A stretch of DNA of 64,000 bases from Rhizophagus irregularis. Lineage: Eukaryota. Made by a program: the position numbers and the translations under genes. Under the pieces are notes generated by a model. That model did no database searches. It worked only from the letters and a program-made list of their open reading frames with translations, and was not told the origin of the DNA. The stretch is from assembly GCF_026210795.1 (NCBI RefSeq), contig NC_089432.1, positions 5,022,001 through 5,086,000 of the forward strand, given 5' to 3'. The number at the start of each line of letters is the position of its first letter. Position 1 is the first letter of the stretch. Of the stretch, positions 13,552 to 27,129 are shown in pieces.

Positions 13552-15818
13552 ATGTCTGATAATAAAAAAGTGCAAAATACCGAAAATACGAATGAATGGA
13601 ATAATTGGATTGAAGAAGCTATTGATAAAGAACATTTAAATTACTACGAATATAACCAATTTACTAACATTCAAGAAATTGGTGCCGGAGGTTTCGGAAA
13701 AGTATACCGTGCAAATTGGAAAAATTCAAAAAAACAGTTAGCGTTAAAATCTTTTTTTAATCTTAATCATGTCACCATGAAAGAAATTGTTTGTGAGGTA
13801 CTAATTTATTTATATATAATACTTTTTTTTTTACCAATTTTTCTATTAGCTTATATTACATTTATTTAATATTTGATTAGTTAAAAATTCAACGTAAAGT
13901 TGATTTTCATGATAATATTATTCGTTGCTATGGAATAACAAAATTTGAATCAGGTATAACAACTGATACTAATCTTCCAAGTTTTATTCACAAAAATTGC
14001 ATTTTAATAATTATTCTTTTTAGAAAATCAAATTGGTAATAATTATATGATGGTAATGGAATACGCTGACGGTGGTAGTCTTCGAAACTATTTGGAAAAA
14101 AACTTTAGTAAACTCACTTGGGACGACAAATTCAATATGGCGTACCAATTAGCTTACGCTGTATCATGCTTGCATAATGAAGGGATCATCCATCGTGATT
14201 TGGTAATTTATTTATTATTATTTAATAATTGTTCACAACGCTGATTTGCATTTACCTATTTAATAAATTTTTAATAGCATTCTGGCAATATATTAGTTTG
14301 TCAAAATACGATCAAACTGGCAGATTTTGGGTTATCAAAAAGAATTGGAGCATCATCCAATTTTCAATCCAAATTATTTGGAATGGTTCCCTATGTTGAT
14401 CCTAAAAGCTTTAGCAGACGAAGAAATAATAATAACCAAACGTATACATTAAATGAAAAAAGTGATGTTTACAGTGTTGGCATATTATTATGGGAAATAT
14501 CTAGTGGTCAACCTCCTTTTCATGCTGAAGGTGAACAATATGATGTTAGCTTAATTTTAGAGATTTCACAAGGTCTTAGAGAAACTATTGTTCCTGACAC
14601 GCCCAAAGATTATATAGAAATTTATACTAGTAAGTAAAATTTTAGGCCTATTGTAACTAAATATTATCTTAATTAACCTTAAATTATATTTGTGTTTTAG
14701 AATGTTGGGACGGTGAGCCAGACAATCGTCCTACTATATATCAAGTAGTTGAAGCAATAATTACAAAAACAAATATAATAACGGAAAATCCTCGCTTATC
14801 AAATGAGCAAGAACTTAATGAGGTCCCTTTAAGTACCAATAATTCAGAATCACGAGGAGAATTATCCCAACTTATTCAAAATTTTTATAAAATGAATACA
14901 AAGGAAATTGATAATATAGCAGTATCAAATGAACAGGAGAAACTTTTAACTGAAAAGGATTTTAACAGAATAGTTGATGAAATAAATTATTTAATTTTTA
15001 AATTATTAAATAAAGGAACTAGTAAAGGAGAATTAGTCAAAGAGCAAGTTATTGAATATTTGAAAAACTATGATACAAATTTACAAGAAATTTATAATTG
15101 GTTATTAATAAATAATCAAAACATACCAAATTCAATTTTTTTACTTGGATATTTTAATTATAAGGGAGTTGAGACAAGAATTAATTATAAGAAAGCATTT
15201 AATTTATTTATCAATGCATCAGAAAACAATCATATATTAGCACAATATTTTGTTGGTGTTTGTTATTTTTTTGGACATGGAATTATGAAGAATGAAAAAT
15301 TAGCTTTAAAATATTTTAAAACAACAGCAAATAAAAATTTAACAAATGGACAAAAGGATACAGGTTATTGTTATGAAAATGGAATAGGTATTGAAAAGGA
15401 TTTAAGTAAGGCTTTTTATTGGTATGAAAAAGCTGCAAATAATGGAAATATAATAGCTATAAAAAATCTTGGTATTTGTTATAGAGATGAAATTGGGGTG
15501 AAGAAAGATCATTACAAAGCTTTTGAATTATTTAAGCAATCAGCTGAAGGAGGATATTCAGGTGGAATGATTTCATTAGGATATTGTTATGAACTTGGTA
15601 TTGGAACTAAAATTGACAAGCAAAAAGCATTTGAATCATATCAAAAATCAGCGAATTTAGGAAATAAAGTTGCACAATATAATATTGGTGTTATGTATGA
15701 AAATGGAGATGTAATTACAAAAGATTTAGATAAAGCAATTTATTGGTATAAAAAATCTGCTAAACAAGGACATCAATTTGCAAAAAATAAGTTAGAAATA
15801 CTTCAAAAAAATCAATAA
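13552..15818 (+). CDS. G3: TKL kinase-Sel1 repeat protein (~655 aa), exons 13552-13797, 13881-13953, 14024-14202, 14278-14629, 14701-15818
   Basis: GAGGFG, HRDL|HSGN, DFG and DVYS present; Sel1 repeats; in-frame 9-nt deletion after QVV. Confidence 0.92.
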
Positions 15819-16441
15819 TTTTTTTTTTTTAATTTACAAAATATCGTAATATATAATAAATATGTCTTATAGAATTTTAATTATCATTCTTATTGCAAGT
15901 ATTTTTTTTTATTTTTATCAAGTTATATATATTTTCTTTTAAATTAAAGTTTCGTTTGTGTTACGAAATTTAGTTGTTTAAAATCGGGAAAGAGATTTTT
16001 TATGAGTTAAGCCTCAGATGTGGTTTATATGGTTAGACTATAATTGCTTAAAATGGAGCCTGTAATTGACGCTTATTTGTTTTGTACATATACTGTATGT
16101 AATAGTTAAAGCAATGCTTTTTATATCTAAGCAAAAAAATGATCTAGGCCTTTTATATAAAGGAATATTTTTTTAACAAATACAAAAATATAAATATTAT
16201 AAATCACATGTACGAAGAATTTTTTACGGTTAGTTTTTAGTCGAGGTAATCTTTGATCGATGATTGATTAGTGTGATCGATCAAATCGACTAAAGAAATT
16301 CTGACCTCAGCTAATACTACTAATCGAACTAATCGAAAGGATTTAAAAAAATTTCTTACATGATAAATATAAAATTAAGAGAATAATTGAAATGTGGAGG
16401 AAATGTATCTGATAATTTTAAATCTACCTACAAACATGTAG

Positions 16442-16972
16442 GGTATCCGGACTTTTTCGCCGAAGTCTATTCTATCGAAACCTATTTCGCCGAAGCAATT
16501 TCGCCGAAGCAATTTCGCTGAAGGGATATTTTACCGAAGTGCTATTTCGCTGAAATGTCATTTTCCCGAATGGCCATTTTACCTAAGGACATTTCTCCGA
16601 AGCCATTTCGGCGAGGGGACATTCAACTCTCCTTTTCTTTTTTATAAGATAAACGAATTATTTACACATTACAGGTCACGTTTGTTTATTTTATTTATTG
16701 AAAGGAAATTAATTTTATTAAACAATTTCATCGTACTCATCAATTTTCTGAAAAATTACTAACATTTTCGGCGAAATGTCCTTCGACGAAATGAATGATA
16801 AATGAAATTATGACATTTAAATAACGATTCGGGGAAAGGATTCGGCGAAATGTTTATTCGAAGAAACGCCATTCGACGAAAAAAATATCCATTCGGCGAA
16901 ACTTCCTTCAGCGAAATGGCCTCGGCGAAATGAGTTTCGGCGAAATAAACTTCGGCGAAACGTACCGTAACC
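16442..16972. mobile_element. Mutator-like/foldback non-autonomous DNA transposon
   Basis: 9-bp target-site duplication AACATGTAG (16433-16441 and 16973-16981); GG...CC termini; arms built from ~15-bp TTTCGCCGAAG repeats on the left and TTCGGCGAAA on the right. Confidence 0.88.
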
Positions 16973-17321
16973 AACATGTAGTACGATAACGTAAAAATCC
17001 TATACTTTCTGTTACGCAACACAAATTTTACAAGTCGCGTGATCGAACGCCATCCCATTGATCCATATATCACATGTTACTCTAAGATTTACCCATGTGT
17101 ACGCAACAACATTGAACGACTTGAACGTCCATTTTTTTCTACATACCATTAACTCATATTATGGTCGATTAATTAATTAATTGATTAATCAATTTCGATC
17201 ATGGACCACCGAAACAAATCAACCAATCAAGAGATTTAGGAACAATCAAATTCCTATAGATTACGTTATTGGTTTTTAAGCATTTGTTAAATAATCTACT
17301 GCTGTAATGGTAAACTTAAAA

Positions 17322-17664
17322 GAGTTTTGCTAACTTGCTCCCTTGGGTTAAATAACCTGGGTTAAAATCACCTCCCTAAAAATTTATATTTTACGTGATT
17401 TTTTGCCAATCATTTTTTTAAAAAAAACAAAAAATAAAATTATTTGTTTTATTATTCATTTCACTTTAGAATTGGACATTATGGAGCATAATGACCAAGT
17501 TTTCTTATATTTTTGACAATGTCTCTTACGTTTTTGATTGTGACCATAATTTACATTTTTTTTGGACATTTGGGCAAAATTTTATACTACTGTAATTATA
17601 TAAAATTTATTAGTAGGTTAAATCACCCAGATTAAATCACCCTGGGTTAAAATTAATCTTATAC
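17322..17664. mobile_element. Non-autonomous element with GGGTTAAATCACCC-type repeats
   Basis: Absent from the paralogous site at ~3066-3090 (atggtaaacttaaaa|tcaatga); AACTTAA on both flanks; similar repeats at ~55225-55573. Confidence 0.6.
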
Positions 17665-18444
17665 AACTTAAGTGTCAATGAAACCTTACCAACATATTTT
17701 ATTATAAAGAATAAGCACAAGCAAGTGAATGTATTTATAGACTAACCCTCCAAAATATATTCTTATCTCTTTACAATTATTAACAACCTGGTTGAAAAAA
17801 AACTTGGTCAATTTGTCTTAAAAAAATAACGATAAATGGCAAGACCGAAAATCCAGGATCTAGGATTAACGATGATCACTAGTAGTTGGCAGAAAAGCAT
17901 CTTAAGTACCCGTTATCCTTTAAATAATAATTGTTAACTTGAGAAAAATTAGTAAATTTACAAAAAATATATGCTTGAATGATAAATATATTCAATGATA
18001 CTTCAAGTTGAAAAATATTATATTATTATTATGACCATGATCTTACAGTCCTTAAGTTCGTGTTGTACAACCACAATGATAACTCTATCAAATAATCAAA
18101 TCGATTTCAATTTTTTAAAAAAATGTAATATATATGTAATTATTTACTGTATTAATAGTATTTATTATATGAGTTAAAATTAAAAGATTTTACAAAAACT
18201 TTTTTATCTAAGATCTACTTAAAGGTGACATTTTCTTTACATAACTCAAACTTTATTATACATATTACTCGTACCCGCTCTCTCTGGTTATATGACAATA
18301 AACCTAAGCCTCCCAGCAAATTCATCAATGAAAGCAGGCTATGGGTGAAGATTATACTAACCAAGGGGAGGCGGAGTCTGATTATGAGGATGGAATATTC
18401 GAAGAAATCGATCCCTTAAAAATAATATTATTATTATCAAATAT

Positions 18445-18990
18445 TATAATATATAAATTTCCATTTTCTACTCGTTAGGGATTGGAATCGATTATCGAAT
18501 CTTTGTAGATTTGATTTTTTGTTCCTTAAAAGATAATCAATTTTAAGCTATAATAATTAATTCTATGATCAGTAAATATATAAATTCTGAATTAAAATTG
18601 TAAAATCTATTAAGAAATTATATATCGTTACTGTTACTACTGTTACTAATACCCAGCTGTAAATTACTATGCTGATTGTTTCCGACCATTTGCAGATCAT
18701 TTCGTCATTTTTAAGTTTTCTGAAAATATTTTTATTTTTTGGATGTAATGTTGAATTAATTTTTTTGTTTAATTTTAATTTTCTCTTCAATAAATGAGAT
18801 GCGATTTTGATTCGATTGTCGATTCCAATCCCTACCACTCGTAAGTGTTTTGATTTATTTCGAGCATCTTGATCTTCTTTGTTTTGGCAGATTTTTCATA
18901 ACAAGGTATAGCTTTACCAATATTTACTGCAAGATTATATTGAGATGCACGCTTTCTGTCTATCAACTTTAGTACCAATTCCATTATTAT
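18445..18990 (-). pseudogene. Relic of the G6-type 3' end, interrupted by a hAT MITE
   Basis: ttataatatataaattt...ccattttctactcgt, then tttatttcgagcatctt...agtaccaattccattatt; matches 32761-33006 with deletions. Confidence 0.82.
18476..18834. mobile_element. hAT-type MITE
   Basis: 26-bp TIR TAGGGATTGGAATCGAnnATCGAATC (2 mismatches); 8-bp TSD CTACTCGT/CCACTCGT; empty site visible in G6 at ~32787. Confidence 0.9.
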
Positions 18991-19028
18991 GAATAAAAAT
19001 TTTTTATTTTAATAAGTGATCCTACGTC

Positions 19029-19046
19029 ATTACTGCGGTACTGCGG
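19029..19046 (+). promoter_or_regulatory. Conserved upstream motif ATTACTGCGGTACTGCGG (G4)
   Basis: Identical 18-mer. Confidence 0.6.
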
Positions 19047-19181
19047 TCAATTTTTTGTTTGGTGATTGAATCGTGACATTTGTGCGACAATAATCTTGCA
19101 TAAAATACTTAAAATGGGGTTATTTTCGCACAATTTTGATTGTTCAATTTTATTGTTTTTCTGTCAATATTATTATTCAAT

Positions 19182-21598
19182 ATGTCTGATAATAAGAAAA
19201 TTCAAAATACTAAAAATACAAATGAATGGGTTAATTGGATTCAAGAAGCTATTGATAAAGAACACTTAAATTATTATGAATACAACCAATTTACTAACAT
19301 TCAAGAAATTGGCGCCGGAGGTTTCGGAAAAGTGTACCGCGCAAATTGGAAAAATACAAAAAAACAATTAGCGTTAAAAACTTTTTTCAACCTTAATCAT
19401 ATCACCATTAAAGAAATTGTTTGTGAGGTAATTTCAGTTATTATTGATATATCTTTTTCTACGATGCTTTTTTAGTCTGTAACTCTGTATTTATTTATTT
19501 TAATATTTGTATTTATTTTAGTTAAAAATTCAGCGTAAAGTTGATTTCCATGATAATATAATTCGTTGTCATGGAATAACAAAATTTGAATCAGGTATTA
19601 TATGGTATTATAAGAGACTTTAATAAGTACTATGTTATTCTAAATTTTATTCACAAAGTGCTTTCAATTTTTTTTTTAGAAAATCAAATTGGTAATAATT
19701 ATATGATGGTAATGGAATACGCTGACAGTGGTAGTCTTCGAAACTATTTGGAAAAAAACTTTAGTAATCTCACTTGGAACGATAAATTCAATATGGCGCA
19801 CCAATTAGCTTACGCTGTATCATGCTTGCATAATGAAGGGATCATCCATCGTGACTTGGTAAGTTAATTATTCTTATTTAATAATTATTCATAACGCTGT
19901 ATTTGCATTTACTTATATGTCTTTTATAGCATTCCGGCAATATATTAGTTCATCAAAATGTGATCAAATTGGCAGATTTTGGATTATCAAAAAGAATTGG
20001 AGCATCATCCAATATTCAATCCAAATTATTTGGGATAGTTCCCTATATTGATCCGAAAAGCTTTAACAAACGAAGAAATAATAATAACCAAGTGTTTTCA
20101 TTAAATGAAAAAAGTGATGTTTACAGTGTTGGCGTATTATTATGGGAAATATCCAGTGGCCAACCTCTTTTTTATGCTGAAGGTGAAGAATATGATGTTA
20201 GTTTGATTTTGGAAATTTCACAAGGTCTTAGAGAAACTATTGTTCCTGACACGCCCGAAGAATATGTAAAAATTTATACTAGTAAGTAAAATTTTAAATT
20301 TAAATATAACTAGAATACTATTGCTGGTGATTCTCACCGTGCATTGGCAAATAGTAACGGGCAGAGTTTCATGACATTTTTAATTCGGTCCGAAATTCTA
20401 CCCTAATTCTGGTAAGGTGATAATCACTTGCGGTATTCTATTATCTTAATCACTAACCTTAAATTATATTTGTGTTTTAGACTGTTGGGACGGTGAGCCA
20501 GATAATCGTCCTACTATATATCAAGTAGTTGATTTGTTAAAAGCAATGTTTATTACAAAAACAGATATAATAGCAGAAAATCCTCAATTATTAGATGAGC
20601 AAGAACTTAGTGAAGTCCATTTAAGTACCAATAATTCAGGACTACAAGGAGAATTGTTCCAACTTATTCAAAATTTTGATGAAATGAATACAAATGAAAT
20701 TGATAATACAATAGTAAATATACAAGAGAAACTTTTAGCCGAAAAAGATTTTAGCAAAGTAGTTGATGAAACAAATGATTTAATTTTTAAATTGTATAAT
20801 AAAGGAATTGATATGGATTTAGTAAAAGAACAAATTATTAAATATTTTAATAACTATAATACAAATTCACAAGAAATTTATAATTGGCTATCAAATAATC
20901 AAAGTTCAAATTCGATTTTTTTACTTGGATATTTTAATTTGCTTGGAATTGAGATAAGTAAAAATAACGAGAAAGCATTTGACTTATTTATTAGTGCATC
21001 AGAAAAGGATCATATATTAGCACAATCTTTTGTTGGTGTATGTTATCAATATGGAAATGGAACTATAAAAAATGAAAAATTAGCTTTTAAATATTATGAA
21101 AAAGCGGCTAATAAAAATTTCGCACGTGGACAACTTAAAATTGGTTATTTTTATGACAATGGAATAGGCACAAAAAAAGATTTAAAAAAGGCTTTTTATT
21201 GGTATGAAAAAGCTGCAAATAATGGTAATATAATAGCTATGCATAATTTAGGTAGATGTTATTTAAATGGAGAGGGTGTTGAAAAGGATTATAATAAAGC
21301 TTTTTGGTTATTTAAGCAATCAGCTGAAGGGGGATATTCAAGTGGAGTAACAATGTTAGGATATTGTTATAATTATGGTATTGGAACTAACATTGATAAG
21401 CAAAAAGCTTTTGAATTATATCAAAAATCAGCAAATTTAGGAAATAAGGTAGCACGATGCAATCTTGGTATGATGTATGAATTCGGAGATGGAATCACAA
21501 AAGATAAATATAAAGCGATTTATTGGTATGAAAAATCTGCCAAACAAGGATATCATAAAGCACAAAATAGATTAGAAATACTTCAAAAAAATCAATAA
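19182..21598 (+). CDS. G4: TKL kinase-Sel1 repeat protein (~655 aa), exons 19182-19427, 19522-19594, 19680-19858, 19930-20281, 20481-21598
   Basis: Same motifs and intron phases as G1; intron 4 enlarged by a MITE. Confidence 0.92.
20313..20438. mobile_element. MITE in intron 4 of G4
   Basis: TA|GAATAC...GTGATTCTCACC at the left end and GGTGATAATCAC...GTATTC|TA at the right; TA on both flanks; absent from intron 4 of the paralogs. Confidence 0.75.
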
Positions 21599-22339
21599 TT
21601 TATAATTTATTAAATTATAAAATGTAAAATTTGTTAACATTATTTTTTTAAAAAATTTAAAATATTGTAGTATATGTTGTATATAATAAATAAGTCTATT
21701 AAAAATCAATAATTATTCTTATTGACAGTATTTTTTTTATTACCATGTTAACTGAATACATATATTATCTCCCTTTTAAATTAAAATGTCGTTATAGGAT
21801 TTCTAAATTCATGAGAATTTGATTCATTTTTCTGAAAATTTTAATTATTTTAATTATTTTAATTAATTGATGCTTATTTGTTTAATACTATTTTTTTTTT
21901 TGAAATGATCGTATATATGAAAGAAAAGACAATGAAATACAGTAATTAAAGTTATGTTTAAAGTAAAAAAAAAAAGATTTAAAATTTTTATATAAAAGTA
22001 TTAATACTTTTTTATAAAATATAAAAATATTATAAATCACTTATACGAAGAATCGAAGAATTTTTTACGATATTGATCGTTAATTGTCGAACCATATAGA
22101 AATTAAGTATCTGCATACGCTTACGTCACTCTTACTAAACAAATGTACTAAGTGGGTGTAATCTTTCAAAATAATATTGGGCATCAATATCTATAAGGTA
22201 ATTCTGTTTAAAAATTTTATTTAAGTTATTTTTTAATAATTTTTTTTTAAGAAATTTAATCTATATAATATAATAAAAAAATTCGTTTAGAAGACCTGCT
22301 TGATCGGCAAGTCATATTGTATATCTAATCCAATTCCGG

Positions 22340-22900
22340 TTAATGAAATTTTTTCCTTTTCTTTCGAACCAATCTATTCTCTTTTGAAACACCTTCTTCT
22401 TTTCCTTTTTTTTTCTTTTCTTTTAAAAAATTTTCGTTTTTTTCTTTTTTTAAGTTTTTTTTTCCAAACGAAATTTTTTTTTGTTTTTTTCGTTCTTTCC
22501 CTGTTTAGATTTGGTTTTTTTTCCCCAAACCGAAAACCATTATTATTATTAATTTTTTTTGAATTTTTTTTTCAGTCTTTTTGGACCAAAATCACCGAAT
22601 TATTATCCTTTTTTTTCGGTACTTATTTTTTTCAGATTCTTTTTTTCGAAAATTTCCCCTTTTTAAACCGATTTCTTATCCTTTTTCTTTTCCCCAAATT
22701 TTTTTTTTGTTTTTTTTTTCTTTTTCTTTCGAATTTTTTTTGTTATTTTTTCTTTCTCAGTTTCTTTTTCAAATTTTTTTTTCATTTGAATTTTTTTTAT
22801 TTTTATTTTTTTTTCTGTTTTTTTTTCCGGTTGGCTTTTTCTCAAATCCGAAATTTTTTTCCCTTTTCCTTTTTTGGTTTGGCTTTTTTGAATTTTTTAT
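22340..22900 (+). repeat. T-rich low-complexity tract
   Basis: Runs of T interspersed with ttcgaa/ccaaa/ccgaaa units; produces the spurious Phe-rich ORFs. Confidence 0.8.
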
Positions 22901-23699
22901 TCCAAATAGTACATTCTTTCACCTGGAAGAGCTTGGGTATTAATGAAAATAAAATCCCGAGATTAATGCATATTTTTGCTGTGAGTCCTGATTTATAAAG
23001 GTGAATACTGAGGTTAAGTTTAGAAGTCTCTTCTTTAATGCCTTACAAATATTGTGGTTGTTAATTTTGAGGTAGCGACAGGTTGAAATCATCGAAAATT
23101 GAATGATAAGTTGATTGTAAATGTTACATGTGGAGCGGAGTGGACATGTAAGGAGCATCGTGAATGAGGCAAAAACTTCTGCTTTGGTAGAAGAAGCAAA
23201 ATGTGCGATAGCAGCTTTAAAATTGATAGGGATATTAAGGTTAATGCCCATTTTTGTTGTATTGTCTTCATTATAAAGTGAGGATCCGTCAGTGTATATT
23301 TCCAGTAATGATTGAGATTGAATAGTAGATCAAATATAGAGTAGGTCATTCTTCAACGAGGTTGATGTATTGAGAAGAGAATGAATAAGTGTATAATTAA
23401 TAGTGTTAAATAGTGGATGAGTAGGAGATTCTAAGTTCATAGTGGGGAATTTTGATTCAAATAGTTGTACAGTATATGTAATGTGATTGACTGATCGTCA
23501 AATTACATCACGTGTTTTTACATAATGTGCTATAAAAACAGTGAAAAAAAAGGCTTTTTATCTCAGAAAGTTATGTCTTCATTTCTTTCAGAATATTATA
23601 TTTTCTTATACTTTTCGCCATAGTGGTAAGTTTGTGTTGCTGATAGCGGTCTGTATAACACTATAATTATATCTTGTATAATTGTAATGCTTGATCAAA

Positions 23700-24970
23700 A
23701 AGCTCGTCGATTACAAAAATTGAGCGTAATAATCAGTTTATTTTATTTACCAGATAGTAAGGTCTCAAAACTATATAATAAAAAGAGTCTTGTCGGATCA
23801 TAGACATTTGTGCGCATGCTCTTGACAGCGGTTAGTATCGATTTTGATGCATAAAGTAGCAGGAGCGTAAAATTCATCAATTACAAAAAACTTGGCGTAA
23901 TAACAGTCAGTTTATTTTATTTACCAAATAGTAGAGCGTCATAATTATATAATGGAAGGTCTTGTTGGATTATAGACATTTGCGCACATGCTCTTGACAG
24001 CGGTTGGTATCGATCTCGGTGTATAAAGTGATGCAGGTGCATAAAATTTGTAATAATAATCTGTTATTTTATTTACCAGATAGTAAGGTGTCAGAATTAT
24101 ATAATGGAAGGGTCTTGTTTGATCATGAACATTTGTGTGGATGCTCCCAATGGCGGTTGGTATCAATCTTGGTATATAAAGTGTAAAATTCATCGATTAC
24201 ATAAAATTGGGTGTAATAATAATCATTTTTTTATTTACCAGATAATAAAGTGTCAGGATTATATAATGGAAGTGGTCTTATTGGATCATAGACATTTGCG
24301 CACATGCTCTTGACAGCGGTTGGTATCGATCTCGGTGTATAAAGTGATGCAGGAGCATAAAATTTGTCAATTACAAAAAATTTGGCATAATAATAATCTA
24401 TTTTATTTACCAGATAGTAAGGTGTCAGAATTATATAATGGAAGGTCTTGATCATAGACATTTGCGTGAATGCTCCTGATAGCGGTTGGTATCAATCTTG
24501 ATGTATGAAGTAGCGCAGTAGTGTATAATTCGTTGATTACATATAATTGGGCGTAATAATAATCATTTTTTTTTATTTAATAGATAGAAAGGGCATCAGG
24601 ATTATATGTCTTAAGGGGTATTATTGGTCATGGATGTTTGCACGCATGCTTCTGACAGCGGTTGGTATTGATCTTAGTATATACTGTATAGTAGCGCAGG
24701 TGCAAAAAATTTGTTGATACATAAAATTGTGTCTAACAATAATCAGTTTTTTAGACAGAAAAGCGTCAAGGAAGGTCTTGCTGGGTTATGGACATTTGTG
24801 CGCAATCCCTGATAACAGTTGGTATTGAACTATCGAACTTGGGTGTATAAAGCAGCGCAAAAACGTTAATTACAAAAAAGTCTGTCTAACAATAATCAGT
24901 TTTTTTTTGTTAACTAGATATAAAATCATCATGATTATTATTATACTCTTGATTACAGCAGTTGGTAAAG
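23700..24970 (+). repeat. Tandem repeat, about 8 diverged units of ~140-175 bp
   Basis: GACAGCGGTTGGTATC-like core at ~23824, 23996, 24150, 24312, 24478, 24654, 24814 and 24955; tttatttaccagatagtaagg and gatcatagacatttg recur between cores. Confidence 0.9.
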
Positions 24971-25271
24971 ATATTGGTTTTTTATATAGTCATATTAGCT
25001 TTTATATAGGCAAATTTTAGATTTATATATTTTTTACTACTTTGACACTAGTTCACCTTTCAGTTTTTTTTTCTGTAAAGAAAAATTTATTGAGGGTCGG
25101 CCATCAATGGTCTGTTCTTGTTGAAAATTGTTGAAATAGAGATTAATAAATTTCTTTTATGATAGAAATTATTAAGAAATAAGAATGTTTATATAAAATA
25201 TTTCTAATTCTTCTTAATATATTAATTTTTTTGATTCATTATTTTTTTTCATAGAAATTGTGTTGCAGTGT

Positions 25272-25451
25272 ATTATTGCCATTTTCAAAATAGTGTACAC
25301 AGTTTATTTGTGATCGTATATTCGAATACCAATATTCGCCTGGTTTTCATCCGTTGATTACCCCTATTTTGTCTGGTTTTTGTCCAATTTTCAGTTTTCT
25401 TTGTTTTTATTCAAATTTAACTGCATACATCATTTTGAAAATGGCGATAAT
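25272..25451. mobile_element. MITE with ~33-bp TIRs
   Basis: attattgccattttcaaaatagtgtacacagtt pairs with aactgcatacatcattttgaaaatggcgataat; the right half recurs at ~36425-36537. Confidence 0.75.
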
Positions 25452-27129
25452 CTTTTTACAAGAGAAACTATAGGTTTTCATAATTAAATTATTAAAAAAA
25501 ATTTAAGACTCAGAATTATTTTTAGTTGTTGTTGATCATGCAAGAAAGATAATTCTTTAATGACATTTTAAATATCGAATCTAAAATTATTATATTATTA
25601 AAATTATTAAAATAATTCGTAGCTCTTGTTAAGATTTATTACTTTTTTTAAAATATTCAGAACTTTCTAATAGAATGTTTCTTTCAAACAAAATAACACG
25701 ACTTCGAGATTTCAGTAATGCAAATGCTATAAATAAATCGTCTGCTTAAGATATATATATATATATATATATATTGAAAACTTTAATTTCGAAAAATTTG
25801 TCGAAATTAGCATTTCATTAATATAATTGAAAAATTTTAGGACGACCCTGTGATACGATTTCGAAATTTAAAGTCGTGATTCGAAACCTCCTTCTTGATT
25901 TTATCACTTGAGATGAGTTAGAAGCTTTCATCTTTAATAGCAGTAAAGACATAATTTTTCGAAAAAATAACTTAACAGTTAATAAATTTAACAGAAAAAA
26001 ATAAATCGTTCATATCCTTGGTTCTCTTCCAATTCATCTCATGTGATACAACCAGGAAAGAAGTACCGAATCAAAGTATAAATCTGATATTGAATCACAG
26101 GTTTGCAGAATATTTCGTTCTAAAGTTTTTCTAAAAAAATACTACTGTATTAAATAAACACTAATTAGTTTTGGCAAATTTTTCAAAATGACTTTCACAT
26201 GATATTAATTATCTAATAACGAGGATCTGTATTCCACATGTGTGATAAATAAAATAAAAACGAAATAAAAATTGCAATTTTTTGTTAAGTATCTAATTAA
26301 TTCAACTTTCCATAATTTTTCATCAATATTTATTGCTCTTAATCTTGAAAACGGGGATAATTCAGACGACGTCAAATTTTCGAATTAAATTTATAGTATT
26401 CTCGAAATGTATGATAAATTTTTACATTTAACAATTCATATGATAATGACAATATTTTAGCGTGAGTTTTAAGTTTATATTCATAATAGTTTTATATTTT
26501 TTATCAAGAAAATTCGCTAATTCCAAAGGATTTTATGATCCCTTGGGAGATCTCCATTAACTTGGTAAATTTTGAAATAAATTATAAATATTGCTACTTG
26601 TTATAACATATTATGTATCTTTTTCAGCGATATTTTTAAAGATATGACTGCCTCTTATATCAGTTAATTTATCTGATTTTTTGACTCTTCTCTCGTTAAC
26701 TGAACTCTAATGACAATCCTTTACCTATTTCCAATTCGTCCTTAATTCTCTTCCAATTTTTTAAACCCTTGTAATTTTACTTAATGATCCAAACTCCGTC
26801 CACGCCATCTTTGACTCATCTGGTCTGTGTACACTATAACATTCTTTTATCATAAAATCTCGCTGAGAATATTTGGTTTCTGTTTATTTTCATAAAGTTT
26901 GAGAAAATTCTCGAAGATTATCCTGAAAACCACCTCGAGGCTGACAACATGCACTTCAACTATTCTTTACATCATTATTTGATGGGATCTAACAAACATC
27001 AATTGCTACCGATAATGGTTCCATCGATGATGATGTACTACTAACTGATAATACAGTTTTCGGAGAGAAAGCTGTCCTGAGATAGGTATGAGAGGAAAAG
27101 ACTATTCAATCCAAGGGGAATAGTACTTA

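Noticed and set aside
16759..17073. 104-aa minus-strand ORF
   Set aside because: Translates the repeat arm of the foldback element; no transposase motifs.
19066..19269. Alternative-frame ORFs over gene starts (also 29049-29234, 39916-40164, 41622-41885, 50955-51161)
   Set aside because: Shadow frames of real exons with no independent support.
22300..22998. 232-aa and 120-aa Phe-rich ORFs and the antisense Lys-rich ORF
   Set aside because: By-products of the T-rich low-complexity tract.
23945..24461. Four short overlapping ORFs
   Set aside because: They lie within the tandem repeat and the frame is not preserved across units.
23700..24970. CRISPR-like array (recurring conserved core)
   Set aside because: Sequence between cores is homologous from unit to unit rather than unique spacers; no cas genes; eukaryotic context.
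25750..25773. (AT)n microsatellite, and ATATTA repeats near 62870-62930
   Set aside because: Ordinary low-complexity sequence in an AT-rich genome.
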